64,000 nt of DNA from assembly GCA_964510025.1 (NCBI GenBank), contig CAZDZV010000004.1:64611-128610 (forward strand), in the 5' to 3' direction. The number at the start of each line of letters is the position of its first letter. The first letter of the stretch is position 1. Of the stretch, positions 48,944 to 58,312 are shown one piece after another. The translations under genes were made by a program, and so were the position numbers. The DNA is from an uncultured Methanosarcinales archaeon (GTDB lineage: Archaea > Nanobdellota > Nanobdellia > Woesearchaeales > DATDXC01). A model generated the notes under the pieces. That model was not told the origin of the DNA. It was given only the letters and a program-made list of their open reading frames with translations, and ran no database searches.

Positions 48944-50344
48944 ATGGCGCTGGTCGAGAGCTTCTCAGGGATAAGAGGGCTATACCCCATGGACATAGAT
49001 GGGGATATAGTAAGGAGATATGTGTACGTTTTTCATCAGTTTCTGGAGGAAAACCTGAAGCGTGAACCACTGGTAGTTGTGGGCTGTGACACCAGGGAAT
49101 CATCATCCACGCTCAAGGAAGCTGCATTTGATTCTTTGTTCAACATTATAGATGTAGGCATCATCACGATTCCTGCGCTTCAGTTCGCTGTCCGGCATCT
49201 GAAGGCTGACGGAGGGATTATGATAACTGCCTCCCACAATGAGCCAGAATACAACGGCCTAAAATTTCTTGATAGGGATGGTGCTGTCCTGAGAGAAGAT
49301 GGCGCAGAGCAGATTATAACCAGATACCATAATATAGCCAAGCTAGGAGAAGAGGATTTCTTGAATAATTGGCTTTACAAAAAAAAGGGGCCCAGGATAA
49401 AGAAGATAAGCAACATTGACATAAGACAGGCATACTTCAGGTTTATTACTGGGATAGTCGGCAAGCAGAATTTGGATACTATTGGGGAATCTGGCCTGAA
49501 GATAGTCCTGGATCCTGTCGGTGGGCCGGCTGCGATGGCTGAGGAGCTGCTGAAGAGCCTGGGTGTAGAGGTTATAGGAGTAAATACACAGCCGGGTGAG
49601 TTTAAGAGGGTGATAGACCCTAATGACGGCTCCTTGTCCTATCTTAAGGAAACTATCCTGGAAGAAAAGGCGGATTTTGCAGCTGGATTTGACCTTGATG
49701 GTGACAGGATGGCGATCATCCTAGAAGACGGTACCAACGTCTCTGGAAATTACATACTTGCCCTTCTGGTTGATGACGTTCTGTCTGAAAAGCCAAAGAA
49801 CATGATAGTAGTCACGAACGATGCCACCTCTAATGTTGTTAAGTCGGTCGCTGAGAAGCGGGGTGCAAAGGTAAAGGAGGTTGAGGTAGGTGAGATAAAT
49901 GTGGTTGACGAGATTTACAAGCTGAAGAGCCCCATTGGGGGAGAGGGCAGCTGTGCTGGAGCAATCTACCCCCCATCAAGATGCAGGGACGGCATCCTGA
50001 GCCTTCTGTTCATACTGAAGATAGTCGCTAAGACAGGCAAGAAGATAAAAAAGCTGGTCGAAGAGCTGCCGCTATATTTCACCATACAAAGAAAGATAAG
50101 CATTGATCCCAAGAAGCATGACCTGATAAAGAGAAAGATAAAGAAGCATTACTCCAGGCATAAGATACAGGAGACAGGAGACATAGCAGGCGGCCTTAAG
50201 GTCATGATCGATGATGGATTTGTATGGTTTAGGGCCTCCAAAACAGAAGCTGGGATTCTTCGGATAATAGCTGATTCTAAAAGCCAGGAAAAATCCAAGA
50301 AACTGATGCATGATGCTCTTGATTTTGTTAGGCAGCTAATCTAG
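48944..50344 (+). CDS. Alpha-D-phosphohexomutase (PMM/PGM/GlmM family)
   Basis: 'SGIRG', 'TASHNE', 'DLDGDR', 'GGEGS'. Confidence 0.92.
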   Translation: MALVESFSGIRGLYPMDIDGDIVRRYVYVFHQFLEENLKREPLVVVGCDTRESSSTLKEAAFDSLFNIIDVGIITIPALQFAVRHLKADGGIMITASHNEPEYNGLKFLDRDGAVLREDGAEQIITRYHNIAKLGEEDFLNNWLYKKKGPRIKKISNIDIRQAYFRFITGIVGKQNLDTIGESGLKIVLDPVGGPAAMAEELLKSLGVEVIGVNTQPGEFKRVIDPNDGSLSYLKETILEEKADFAAGFDLDGDRMAIILEDGTNVSGNYILALLVDDVLSEKPKNMIVVTNDATSNVVKSVAEKRGAKVKEVEVGEINVVDEIYKLKSPIGGEGSCAGAIYPPSRCRDGILSLLFILKIVAKTGKKIKKLVEELPLYFTIQRKISIDPKKHDLIKRKIKKHYSRHKIQETGDIAGGLKVMIDDGFVWFRASKTEAGILRIIADSKSQEKSKKLMHDALDFVRQLI

Positions 50345-51023
50345 GCTGTTGATATCTCTGTTTGTGCACATCTGTAAGCAGGTCATACATAACCTGCTTT
50401 CTGCCCACACCCTGCTCCCCATGGCCCTGCACCCCGATGTGCCTGGGGTTTTGTCTTGACCTGAATACTTCATATATAGGTGTCTTCTTTCCGTTTTCCA
50501 GGGTCTGTTCGCTGGTAGCGATGGCCTCAAGCCTAGATTCAGATTCAGATGTAACCGGTATTCCCCACCTGTGGTCCTTATGGATATGCACCTGCCTGCC
50601 CTTGTATTCTATCTCCTGTTTCCCCTTCTGGTATTCCTTAAGCCTGTGAACCTGGGCGCCGTATCTTGTGGCAAGTACCTGGGCGCTGTAGCACGAGCCG
50701 ATTACATGGGCATCCTGGTGAGCATTGTCTGCAAGATAATTGGTTGCCTCATCATTGATGTTGCTCTTATTCATGCTGCCAGAGGGATGGATTATGTGAT
50801 ATTCCTTAACCCATTCTCCGCCCTTGCCCGCTTTCTCATCTTGTTCTTTTCTTTTGAGTATCTCCTTGTCTGTAACTACTGTTATCTCATAAGAGACACC
50901 TGGCAGGTCTGGTTCATTTTCCCTGACATGTGCCTCGTGTTCCTCATACATCTGCTTAAGCTTGGCAGTGTACTTGCTTCCATGATCGACAATCAGGACC
51001 TTTGTTTTTTCAGCCTCACCCAT
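50328..51023 (-). CDS. Stand-alone class I glutamine amidotransferase-like protein
   Basis: 'LIVDHGSKYT', 'IGSCYSAQ' (Cys), 'GVQGHGE' (His-Glu). Confidence 0.75.
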   Translation of the reverse strand: MGEAEKTKVLIVDHGSKYTAKLKQMYEEHEAHVRENEPDLPGVSYEITVVTDKEILKRKEQDEKAGKGGEWVKEYHIIHPSGSMNKSNINDEATNYLADNAHQDAHVIGSCYSAQVLATRYGAQVHRLKEYQKGKQEIEYKGRQVHIHKDHRWGIPVTSESESRLEAIATSEQTLENGKKTPIYEVFRSRQNPRHIGVQGHGEQGVGRKQVMYDLLTDVHKQRYQQPRLAA

Positions 51024-51059
51024 ATTAACTACTCTTAAGTTGATTTTATTTAAAGATTT

Positions 51060-51794
51060 CTACTGGACAATGTTTGTGAAGAAGCTGAATAGAAGTCTGG
51101 CAGAATTTAGCCTTCCCTTAAAATCATATTGGGGGTGTAATCCGGCATCTGCTTCTGGATGCATCTGCATAAGATAGCTGGCAACATTAGAATCCATGTG
51201 CCTGGCCACTATGGTCTTTCTGTTTGAGTCCAGGAGCAGAGAGATATAATGTGCTTGCCTGCCTTTGTCTAGCTTATCGAGGTCAATGTCATAAGCATGG
51301 TGTTCCCTTGCCCTTAGCAGCCTCATATACGGATAATCAGGATAAACATGAAGGTCCCCTGATTTTACAGGCTTGATGCCGCAGTAGCAGAAAAGCACAT
51401 CTTCTCCAGCTGCTTCTGTGGCTGCATAGTCATTGTATTCCCCTTTTCTTTCCTCTGCTGCCCTTTCAAGCGCATCATCTCCATAAATATGGACTGCCCG
51501 TATCTGCGCCCCATGCGTGATGCACAGCAGTGGTATCCCTTCTTCTTCGCAGATATCTGTAATTTCGTTTTCCCTCGCAAGCCTTGATTGTGCCTCTTCT
51601 CCTCTGATCCTGCAAAATCCAGAAGCAGAGACAACAGCTGCAAATTCCCTGGGATCAACATCTGACAATTCAGTGTAATCCCTGACAATCGGCGTGTAAG
51701 GCCATTGGTTGACATATCTCCTTATGTCAGGCAGAAAAAAGCTCGGCCCGCCGTCCACTGGGTGGTCGATTATAAGCACTGGTCTTTGCATCAT
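51060..51794 (-). CDS. Divergent class I glutamine amidotransferase-like protein
   Basis: 'VLIID', 'GIPLLCITHGAQ', 'QMHPE'. Confidence 0.65.
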   Translation of the reverse strand: MMQRPVLIIDHPVDGGPSFFLPDIRRYVNQWPYTPIVRDYTELSDVDPREFAAVVSASGFCRIRGEEAQSRLARENEITDICEEEGIPLLCITHGAQIRAVHIYGDDALERAAEERKGEYNDYAATEAAGEDVLFCYCGIKPVKSGDLHVYPDYPYMRLLRAREHHAYDIDLDKLDKGRQAHYISLLLDSNRKTIVARHMDSNVASYLMQMHPEADAGLHPQYDFKGRLNSARLLFSFFTNIVQ

Positions 51795-51891
51795 AGACTA
51801 GGTTATGTTGTCACTATTTTAAATCTTGCCCAAATAACAAAACATTTATAAATAGAATAGGACATTGCTAATAATACATAGGGGTGGTTGC

Positions 51892-52035
51892 ATGACGCCC
51901 AGTTACGGCAAATGTAACCTTTGCAAAAAAGGAAATTTTGGTTTCATTGAGAAAAAAGTTGTCGCTAATACTGAATATGATATAATCAGGTGCAGCGAAT
52001 GCGGACATGAGGTCGCAAAAAGAGTGGAACAATAA
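51892..52035 (+). CDS. Small Zn-ribbon protein (47 aa); not in ORF track
   Basis: SD GGGGTGG; CNLC...CSECGH. Confidence 0.8.
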   Translation: MTPSYGKCNLCKKGNFGFIEKKVVANTEYDIIRCSECGHEVAKRVEQ

Positions 52036-52166
52036 TGGCAGGACAGAAATCGATGCAGGATGTAGCCGCAGAGGGAGCTCAAAAATGCCCGGAGTGCGGC
52101 AGCACGGATCTTGTCAAGAAGGATGACGAGATATACTGCAAAAAATGCGGATTTGTACTGGATTAG
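52035..52166 (+). CDS. Small TFIIB-type Zn-ribbon protein (43 aa); not in ORF track
   Basis: TAATG overlap; 'KCPECGSTDL...EIYCKKCGFVLD'. Confidence 0.8.
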   Translation: MAGQKSMQDVAAEGAQKCPECGSTDLVKKDDEIYCKKCGFVLD

Positions 52167-52203
52167 ATAGGCACCTTATATTTTTCTTAGGGGATGTTAT
52201 ATT

Positions 52204-52908
52204 ATGCTGACTGAAAAGCTCAGAAGGATTATCGAAGAACTGGTCTTTCTAAAGGACATTATTAGTTATATTGACCCTGAAGAGCAGGCAAAACCTGGCG
52301 GATTAGAAAAAAAAGTAACAGGAGCAAAAACAAGAGAGGCAGCCGCTAATGAATTCTTAGAGCAGACGCTTCTGCAACTAAGGCAGAGCTCTGCGAAAGA
52401 CAGTGTTGAAGTGAAAAGAAAATCAGAAAACAGGAGCAAGGAAAGATACGAGATCGCCATAAAATACCAGGAGAATGAGAATGAGAGAATCCTGGAACTG
52501 GATATTGAGGATGAGGATGACCGGTACCGGTTCCAGATAAGAAGGCAAAAGCCTGTTCCAGATAAGGCAAAATACCATATCGCCATGCTCTACAGACAGA
52601 CAGCAGAGGAGGAACAGCTTAAACTCAGCTATGATCTGCGTGACTATCCTGCAGAAAGAGAGCATGCCATGCAGGACTTCACAAACCAGCTGGACAAGAC
52701 CCTCCATATTTTCCCTGAATCCCTGATGGGAGGGGTCCTTGGGTTTACATATCTGGGGGAAAATTTTATGGGAAGAAGAGCAGACCTTACAGGGGACAAA
52801 GCCAGGATGGTAGATGTCCATGAAGCGATCCACACAGACAATGAATATGAGACAAGGGTGCTGACAGACTGGATGCTCTCCAGACAGGCGCCAAGATATA
52901 AAAGATAG
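52204..52908 (+). CDS. Hypothetical protein with C-terminal HExxH (minimal zincin-like)
   Basis: 'GGVLGFTY...VDVHEAIHTDNEYETR'. Confidence 0.65.
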   Translation: MLTEKLRRIIEELVFLKDIISYIDPEEQAKPGGLEKKVTGAKTREAAANEFLEQTLLQLRQSSAKDSVEVKRKSENRSKERYEIAIKYQENENERILELDIEDEDDRYRFQIRRQKPVPDKAKYHIAMLYRQTAEEEQLKLSYDLRDYPAEREHAMQDFTNQLDKTLHIFPESLMGGVLGFTYLGENFMGRRADLTGDKARMVDVHEAIHTDNEYETRVLTDWMLSRQAPRYKR

Positions 52909-52940
52909 CCTTTTAAACAACTTGGCATTACTTTTTCTAT

Positions 52941-54215
52941 ATGGTTAAGATATATTTCCAGACCCACGGATGCAGTACAAACCAGAGCGAATCAGAGATA
53001 ATGAAAGGGCTGCTCAGGGAAGCTCATTTTAAGATCGTGTCAGATGCACGGGATGCAGACCTTATCATCATAAATGTCTGCACCGTAAAAGGCGAAGAAA
53101 AACCTCTGAGGGAGATAAGAAAGCTCAAAGAAAGCTTTCCAGAAAAAAAGATGATAGTGGCTGGATGTATTACAAAAGTGATACTTGGCGAGACCAGGAA
53201 GATAAAGGATGACATCAGCTTCATAAATACCCACAACATCCTATCTGTTGTTGAGGTTGTGGAGGAGAATATCAACGACAATGTGGTGGAGGCGCTTGGA
53301 AAAGATGAGTACAAAAAGATAAACCTGCCGAAGCTACGCAAGAATCCGGTTGTAGGGATTGTCCCTATCTTAAACGGCTGTGCTGGCTACTGCAGCTATT
53401 GTTCGGTAAAATATGTTAAAGGCAGGCTTTTCAGCTATCCGCTGGAAGATATCAGGAAAGAAGCGCTGAAATGCCTCAATGACGGTTGCAGGGAGCTGTG
53501 GATAACATCCCAGGACAATGCAGCATACATGATAGATAGGGAGGCTAAGACCAAGCTTCCGGAGCTTGTAGCTGACCTTGCCAGCATAGAAACTGATTTT
53601 TCGATAAGGATAGGCATGATGAATCCAGGCCACCTCCTGGATGTCCTGGAAGATATGATAAAGGTTTACAAGAACAGCAAGATATTCAAATTCCTGCATG
53701 TCCCGATCCAGTCAGGAAATGATGATATCCTCAGGCTCATGAAAAGGAACTACACGTCATCTGATTTCAAAAAAATAATCAGCAAGTTCACCAATAGCAT
53801 TCCTGATATCACTATAAGCACAGATTTGATAGTCGGATTTCCCACAGAGACAGACCAGCAGTTCAGGGATTCGCTGGATCTCATTAAGGCCATAAGGCCG
53901 GATGTCCTTAACATATCAAGATTCCAGCCAAGGCCCGGCACACCTGCTGCAAAGATGGATGGACAGCTGGATGGAGGCATCATCAAAGAAAGGTCAAGGC
54001 TTCTGACAGACATCTTCACCAATATCTCAAGGATGAACAATGAAAGATGGATCGACTGGGAGGGTGATGTGCTGATAGACGAAAAAGGAAAAGACGACTC
54101 ATGGATAGGGAGGAATTTCGCATACAAGCCTGTTGTTGTGAAGGGAAATATCAGACTAGGAGACATTGTCAGGGTAAAAATCAAAAAAGTCGCCCCATAT
54201 GACCTAAGGGCATAA
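52941..54215 (+). CDS. tRNA methylthiotransferase, MiaB-like radical SAM (archaeal MtaB/CDKAL1 type)
   Basis: 'THGCSTN', 'NVCTVK', CxxxCxxC 'GCAGYCSYC', 'IVGFPTET', C-terminal TRAM. Confidence 0.93.
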   Translation: MVKIYFQTHGCSTNQSESEIMKGLLREAHFKIVSDARDADLIIINVCTVKGEEKPLREIRKLKESFPEKKMIVAGCITKVILGETRKIKDDISFINTHNILSVVEVVEENINDNVVEALGKDEYKKINLPKLRKNPVVGIVPILNGCAGYCSYCSVKYVKGRLFSYPLEDIRKEALKCLNDGCRELWITSQDNAAYMIDREAKTKLPELVADLASIETDFSIRIGMMNPGHLLDVLEDMIKVYKNSKIFKFLHVPIQSGNDDILRLMKRNYTSSDFKKIISKFTNSIPDITISTDLIVGFPTETDQQFRDSLDLIKAIRPDVLNISRFQPRPGTPAAKMDGQLDGGIIKERSRLLTDIFTNISRMNNERWIDWEGDVLIDEKGKDDSWIGRNFAYKPVVVKGNIRLGDIVRVKIKKVAPYDLRA

Positions 54216-54249
54216 TGTTTAAATAGTATACTGATCAGGGACTATATCA

Positions 54250-57200
54250 ATGCGACATAAGAACATTGCGATAATTATATTGGCATTCATACTATTCCCC
54301 TGTATATCTTCTGCTTTTTCTGAAATGCGTTTATGGCGACAATCCTGCAAGACTAATGTCGTTATGGATGATTTCTGGACAGAGGAAAATGCTGAAGAAT
54401 GCGTTGACAGCTGTGCAGAAGAAGATGGGATTACTGTTTATGGGATTTGGTATAATGAACAACAGAGGTGCTATCCAAGCGGAATCTGGGATTGTAAGCA
54501 GCATCTGATGGTTGAGGATCCTCCTGATGAGGAGCAAGCGTGCAAAGAATCCTGTTTTGAATACACCGATGAATATTCCTGGGGCAAAAAGCACTGGCCG
54601 GGATACTGGTGGAACGAGCAATGTTTTGATGAGGACAGCCCCTGTATTGAGGATACATGTGAATTCTGCAACAATCCCGACAACGAAGGCGAGGAATGCA
54701 ATGCTGAAGCTATGATCTGCTGCCTAGATACACTCAAGGTAAATGATCCAGATTTTTATAGGTTCAAAGCTACAAGACCTGATGGATGTGATGGGATGTT
54801 TCAGTATAAGGTTGATAGGAATTTTTGTATAGCTGCAAACGAAAAAGTCTGCTGTCAGGAGATGAGACTATCGTACCTGAGATATTCTATCGTAGCCAAA
54901 CCAAACTGCGCCGGAAAAAACTCATATGGGCATGATAGGACGATTGTTGACAGGGAAATGTGTCAGCATCTACATGAATACAATGATACAATATGGAACC
55001 GACCAGATGAGGTGGAATGGGAAAAATGCGGGATATGCGTAAAGAAAGAGGATACTCCATACGAGGGAGAATGCATACCCAACTCAATGCCTTTTGCTTC
55101 AGATTCAAAATGCCTGCCTGCAGATACCAGAGCTTGGGAAAGAATCATTGATGAGGATGGTACTTTAGGTAGATATGACTATGGACCATCATCATACTTT
55201 TATGACGAGAAATATAAGCAATTTTTTCTTAGACAAGGCAAAAATTCTAAACTTATTCCCATTCTAAAAGAGGAAGAAAAGTATACTGATGATAGATATT
55301 ACCAGCATTATGATCAGGGACTTGGTTTCATCGAGGGGTGCCCAACAGATATCCACAAACCGCCTGAAGATAACCCCCGGGAAGAAACATCCCAGTCCGA
55401 ACTGAAATATGAATTCACTGTCCTAGAAGAGAAAATAGTCACTTCGGATGAACAGCTAATACCAAGAGATGTCAATAAGGTATACGATGGAGACGATTCA
55501 GGTTTTTTGCTTGACTTTGATTACAGCATCGAGGAAGAGCTGCCGGTTCTCTTGAAAGGCAAGGTATCTATATCTGATACCGGAAAACTCAATGATTACA
55601 TATGTGCAGATGAAGATCAAATTGACATCAAGAAGCATCTAATTGATAGGGATCTGCTTCTATGCCCGGATACTGCTGTGATGTACGGTGATGTGACTAC
55701 AGAAGTTGATGTTGATGGCATCGCAGGTATGGTTGGCAGTAAAGCTCTTTTCAGGCTATTTGAGGGGAAACCGAATGTTATAGTTGATTTTCAGTTCAGG
55801 ACAATGCCCAAATTCTATTCAGATGACATTGAAGACAGTGTTTTGCGAATCAACGCCGTAGTGCAAGGAAATGCCTATAAGTTCGGGGATAGTGAGCTCA
55901 CGGCATTGGATAGGGCGAGAACCCGCACATATGAAGAGATAAAGGATATCCTAGGAGTTTTCCAGAACTGGGATGGATATATGGAGAGGATAGAAGCCAA
56001 AGGATTTGGGGGCAAGGATATAGTTGTCTTTGATTCTTTACCGTTGTCTAACGAAGGATTTCTTGAGATTGTATTTGATCGTGCTGAGGAAAGATATCCC
56101 TATGAAAGAGAGCAAAGCATTGTCACCTATGAGGAAGGGGGCCTATCCTGGAAAGAAATGCCTAAAGGTGTCTGGTCGCATCCGATATGGCGACAGGATC
56201 TTGGAGCCTGGATAACCGACAAGATTGTCTTAGATATCTATAGGGACGGAGTGATAGAGGCCCAAGAAATTATCTTCCTGGAACAACCATTTTTTGCCGG
56301 ATTTCTAAAAAAGATAAGGAGTAAGGATAATGGTGAGATAATCAAGAGAGGTATACGGAAAGAGATACTATGGAAATCAAGCATTCATCATGAATACATC
56401 ACTAATATCGATCCGGTACATGATGCTGTGAAAAAGGCTTCAGAAGAAACAGGCCGATCAGCATTCTTAATAAGGTTGTTTATGGATGCCGGAAATATTG
56501 TCGATACTCTTATAGAGGCACTGGATGAAAAGAACCAACAGGAGATCAAAGGCGAAACAGATATTGCTGAATATGGATACAGGAAGCAAGAGGGCAGCGA
56601 ACTTGATGATATGGGGGCCAGAAATGATCTGTGTATCAAACAAGATGGGGGAGAAGAGTACCTCCATCGATGCGTTCGTTCTTCCGCTATCCTAGATCTC
56701 GGCCCAGTCGGCCCCGATGATGACCCATATATTGTCCCTGATTTAGAGGATCCCATGGCTCTTTGGTCAGTGACAGTTGATCATGATTCCAAGGTCATCC
56801 ATAAAGAAAAAGTCAAATACGATGTTATAGTAGGGGTAAAATCTCAAAAGGTAGATAAGGAAAGAACACCCATCAATCAGAAGGCAATGGAATTTGGGCC
56901 CTGCTATTCTTTCCCTGAATGGCAAGGGAGAGATACGGTCAGCAGTATTTCATCAGTATATCTGGTGAGAGAATCAACCGGTTTTGAACTGGAAGGCTTA
57001 GCATACAATTTAGATTACCAGTCAGAGCCTTTGAAGAATATATCTAAGGAATTTGACTTGCTGAAGATATCAGCAGAATATGGTATATACCTCCCAGAGG
57101 TATATGTACTAAATTTGACCGATATTGACACGATATGCGATATTGATATTCTATCTGCAGAGAACTTTTCTATCCCGGCTGCTCAAAACACGACCTATAT

Positions 57201-57960
57201 CACAGATGATGCAAATATGAAAGTGATGGTGGAAAGCTACAGCTTCAGTATAGATACAGAAGCTGCAATAGAGTTGATAAATATCAGCAACTGTAGCATT
57301 GATTTTGATTTGGAACTGAATTTTACAATTGGGAACTTAAGCGAAAATCTAGTCTTTACAGACATAAATCTTTCTGCGTTGACTCATATAAATAATATCG
57401 CCAGGGATATGTCTGTGACTGAGCTATGGCAGAGAGGGTTTTTGGATTTACGCGATACAGCAAGAAATATTTCCGCATTAATCAGCAGTGAGGCTAACGA
57501 AAGGGAAATGGCTGTTACAGTTTCAAGGTATTCAGGATCAGTCTTTAGGGAAGACCCAGCTGAAATTATTTTAGAGATTAGCTCCAATGAGGATATCTAT
57601 GTTCTCTTAATTGAAGAAGATATACCTTCAGAATGGTCAGGACCTGACCTGGATAACATAACTGTTAGCGATGCCGTGAGGATAGCTGTTCGAAATACAC
57701 CATCCCAGAAAACGAATTATACAATAATAGCCAGCGGCACAAATCAGACAATCAATGGAAGATTTGCAGCAATCGCTATTGGGGGAGATTATTATTTAGG
57801 CAGCGTATCAGATGTAGATCCGCCAGTGCTTCTTGATCCAAAGGGCACTTATTATATGAAGACAGCCCTGGATAGCATGTCAAACTGGATGAGACTAGGT
57901 GATACATTCCTTGAGAAAAAGGATGTCATATCTGGGTTTTTTGATTGGATAGAAAGCTAA
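54250..57960 (+). CDS. Large secreted protein (1236 aa) with Cys-rich N-terminus
   Basis: Signal peptide; many Cys in the first ~300 aa; NxS/T-rich C-terminal part. Confidence 0.8.
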   Translation: MRHKNIAIIILAFILFPCISSAFSEMRLWRQSCKTNVVMDDFWTEENAEECVDSCAEEDGITVYGIWYNEQQRCYPSGIWDCKQHLMVEDPPDEEQACKESCFEYTDEYSWGKKHWPGYWWNEQCFDEDSPCIEDTCEFCNNPDNEGEECNAEAMICCLDTLKVNDPDFYRFKATRPDGCDGMFQYKVDRNFCIAANEKVCCQEMRLSYLRYSIVAKPNCAGKNSYGHDRTIVDREMCQHLHEYNDTIWNRPDEVEWEKCGICVKKEDTPYEGECIPNSMPFASDSKCLPADTRAWERIIDEDGTLGRYDYGPSSYFYDEKYKQFFLRQGKNSKLIPILKEEEKYTDDRYYQHYDQGLGFIEGCPTDIHKPPEDNPREETSQSELKYEFTVLEEKIVTSDEQLIPRDVNKVYDGDDSGFLLDFDYSIEEELPVLLKGKVSISDTGKLNDYICADEDQIDIKKHLIDRDLLLCPDTAVMYGDVTTEVDVDGIAGMVGSKALFRLFEGKPNVIVDFQFRTMPKFYSDDIEDSVLRINAVVQGNAYKFGDSELTALDRARTRTYEEIKDILGVFQNWDGYMERIEAKGFGGKDIVVFDSLPLSNEGFLEIVFDRAEERYPYEREQSIVTYEEGGLSWKEMPKGVWSHPIWRQDLGAWITDKIVLDIYRDGVIEAQEIIFLEQPFFAGFLKKIRSKDNGEIIKRGIRKEILWKSSIHHEYITNIDPVHDAVKKASEETGRSAFLIRLFMDAGNIVDTLIEALDEKNQQEIKGETDIAEYGYRKQEGSELDDMGARNDLCIKQDGGEEYLHRCVRSSAILDLGPVGPDDDPYIVPDLEDPMALWSVTVDHDSKVIHKEKVKYDVIVGVKSQKVDKERTPINQKAMEFGPCYSFPEWQGRDTVSSISSVYLVRESTGFELEGLAYNLDYQSEPLKNISKEFDLLKISAEYGIYLPEVYVLNLTDIDTICDIDILSAENFSIPAAQNTTYITDDANMKVMVESYSFSIDTEAAIELINISNCSIDFDLELNFTIGNLSENLVFTDINLSALTHINNIARDMSVTELWQRGFLDLRDTARNISALISSEANEREMAVTVSRYSGSVFREDPAEIILEISSNEDIYVLLIEEDIPSEWSGPDLDNITVSDAVRIAVRNTPSQKTNYTIIASGTNQTINGRFAAIAIGGDYYLGSVSDVDPPVLLDPKGTYYMKTALDSMSNWMRLGDTFLEKKDVISGFFDWIES

Positions 57961-58199
57961 TCATACCAGCCCGTACCGATTCTGTCGAACCTAAATCCAT
58001 CTAGTTCCAGCTCTTGATCTCTCTGAGGATCAGCAGATTCACATATATTCTTCTGCTCACGATGCAAAGGTTCATCTCTTTTTGCAGGGGTGCACCCTAA
58101 AACTAAAAGAGCAAGCCCACCCATAGCACCTATCTTAACTGCAGCGGAAACAGCCCTATAAAAATCTCCTAAACGATAATGGCAGCTAGGTTTATACAT
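57957..58199 (-). CDS. Small lipoprotein-like hypothetical protein
   Basis: 'GLALLVLGC' hydrophobic stretch; TATA upstream. Confidence 0.5.
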   Translation of the reverse strand: MYKPSCHYRLGDFYRAVSAAVKIGAMGGLALLVLGCTPAKRDEPLHREQKNICESADPQRDQELELDGFRFDRIGTGWYD

Positions 58200-58312
58200 T
58201 TTATCATAGTATACTAGCTATACTATTTAAATCTTTCGAAAAAATTACCATCAATTAGTGACAAATTTATTGTACACGCCGTACAATGCGTTCTCTCCCC
58301 ATGTTTTTAGGG

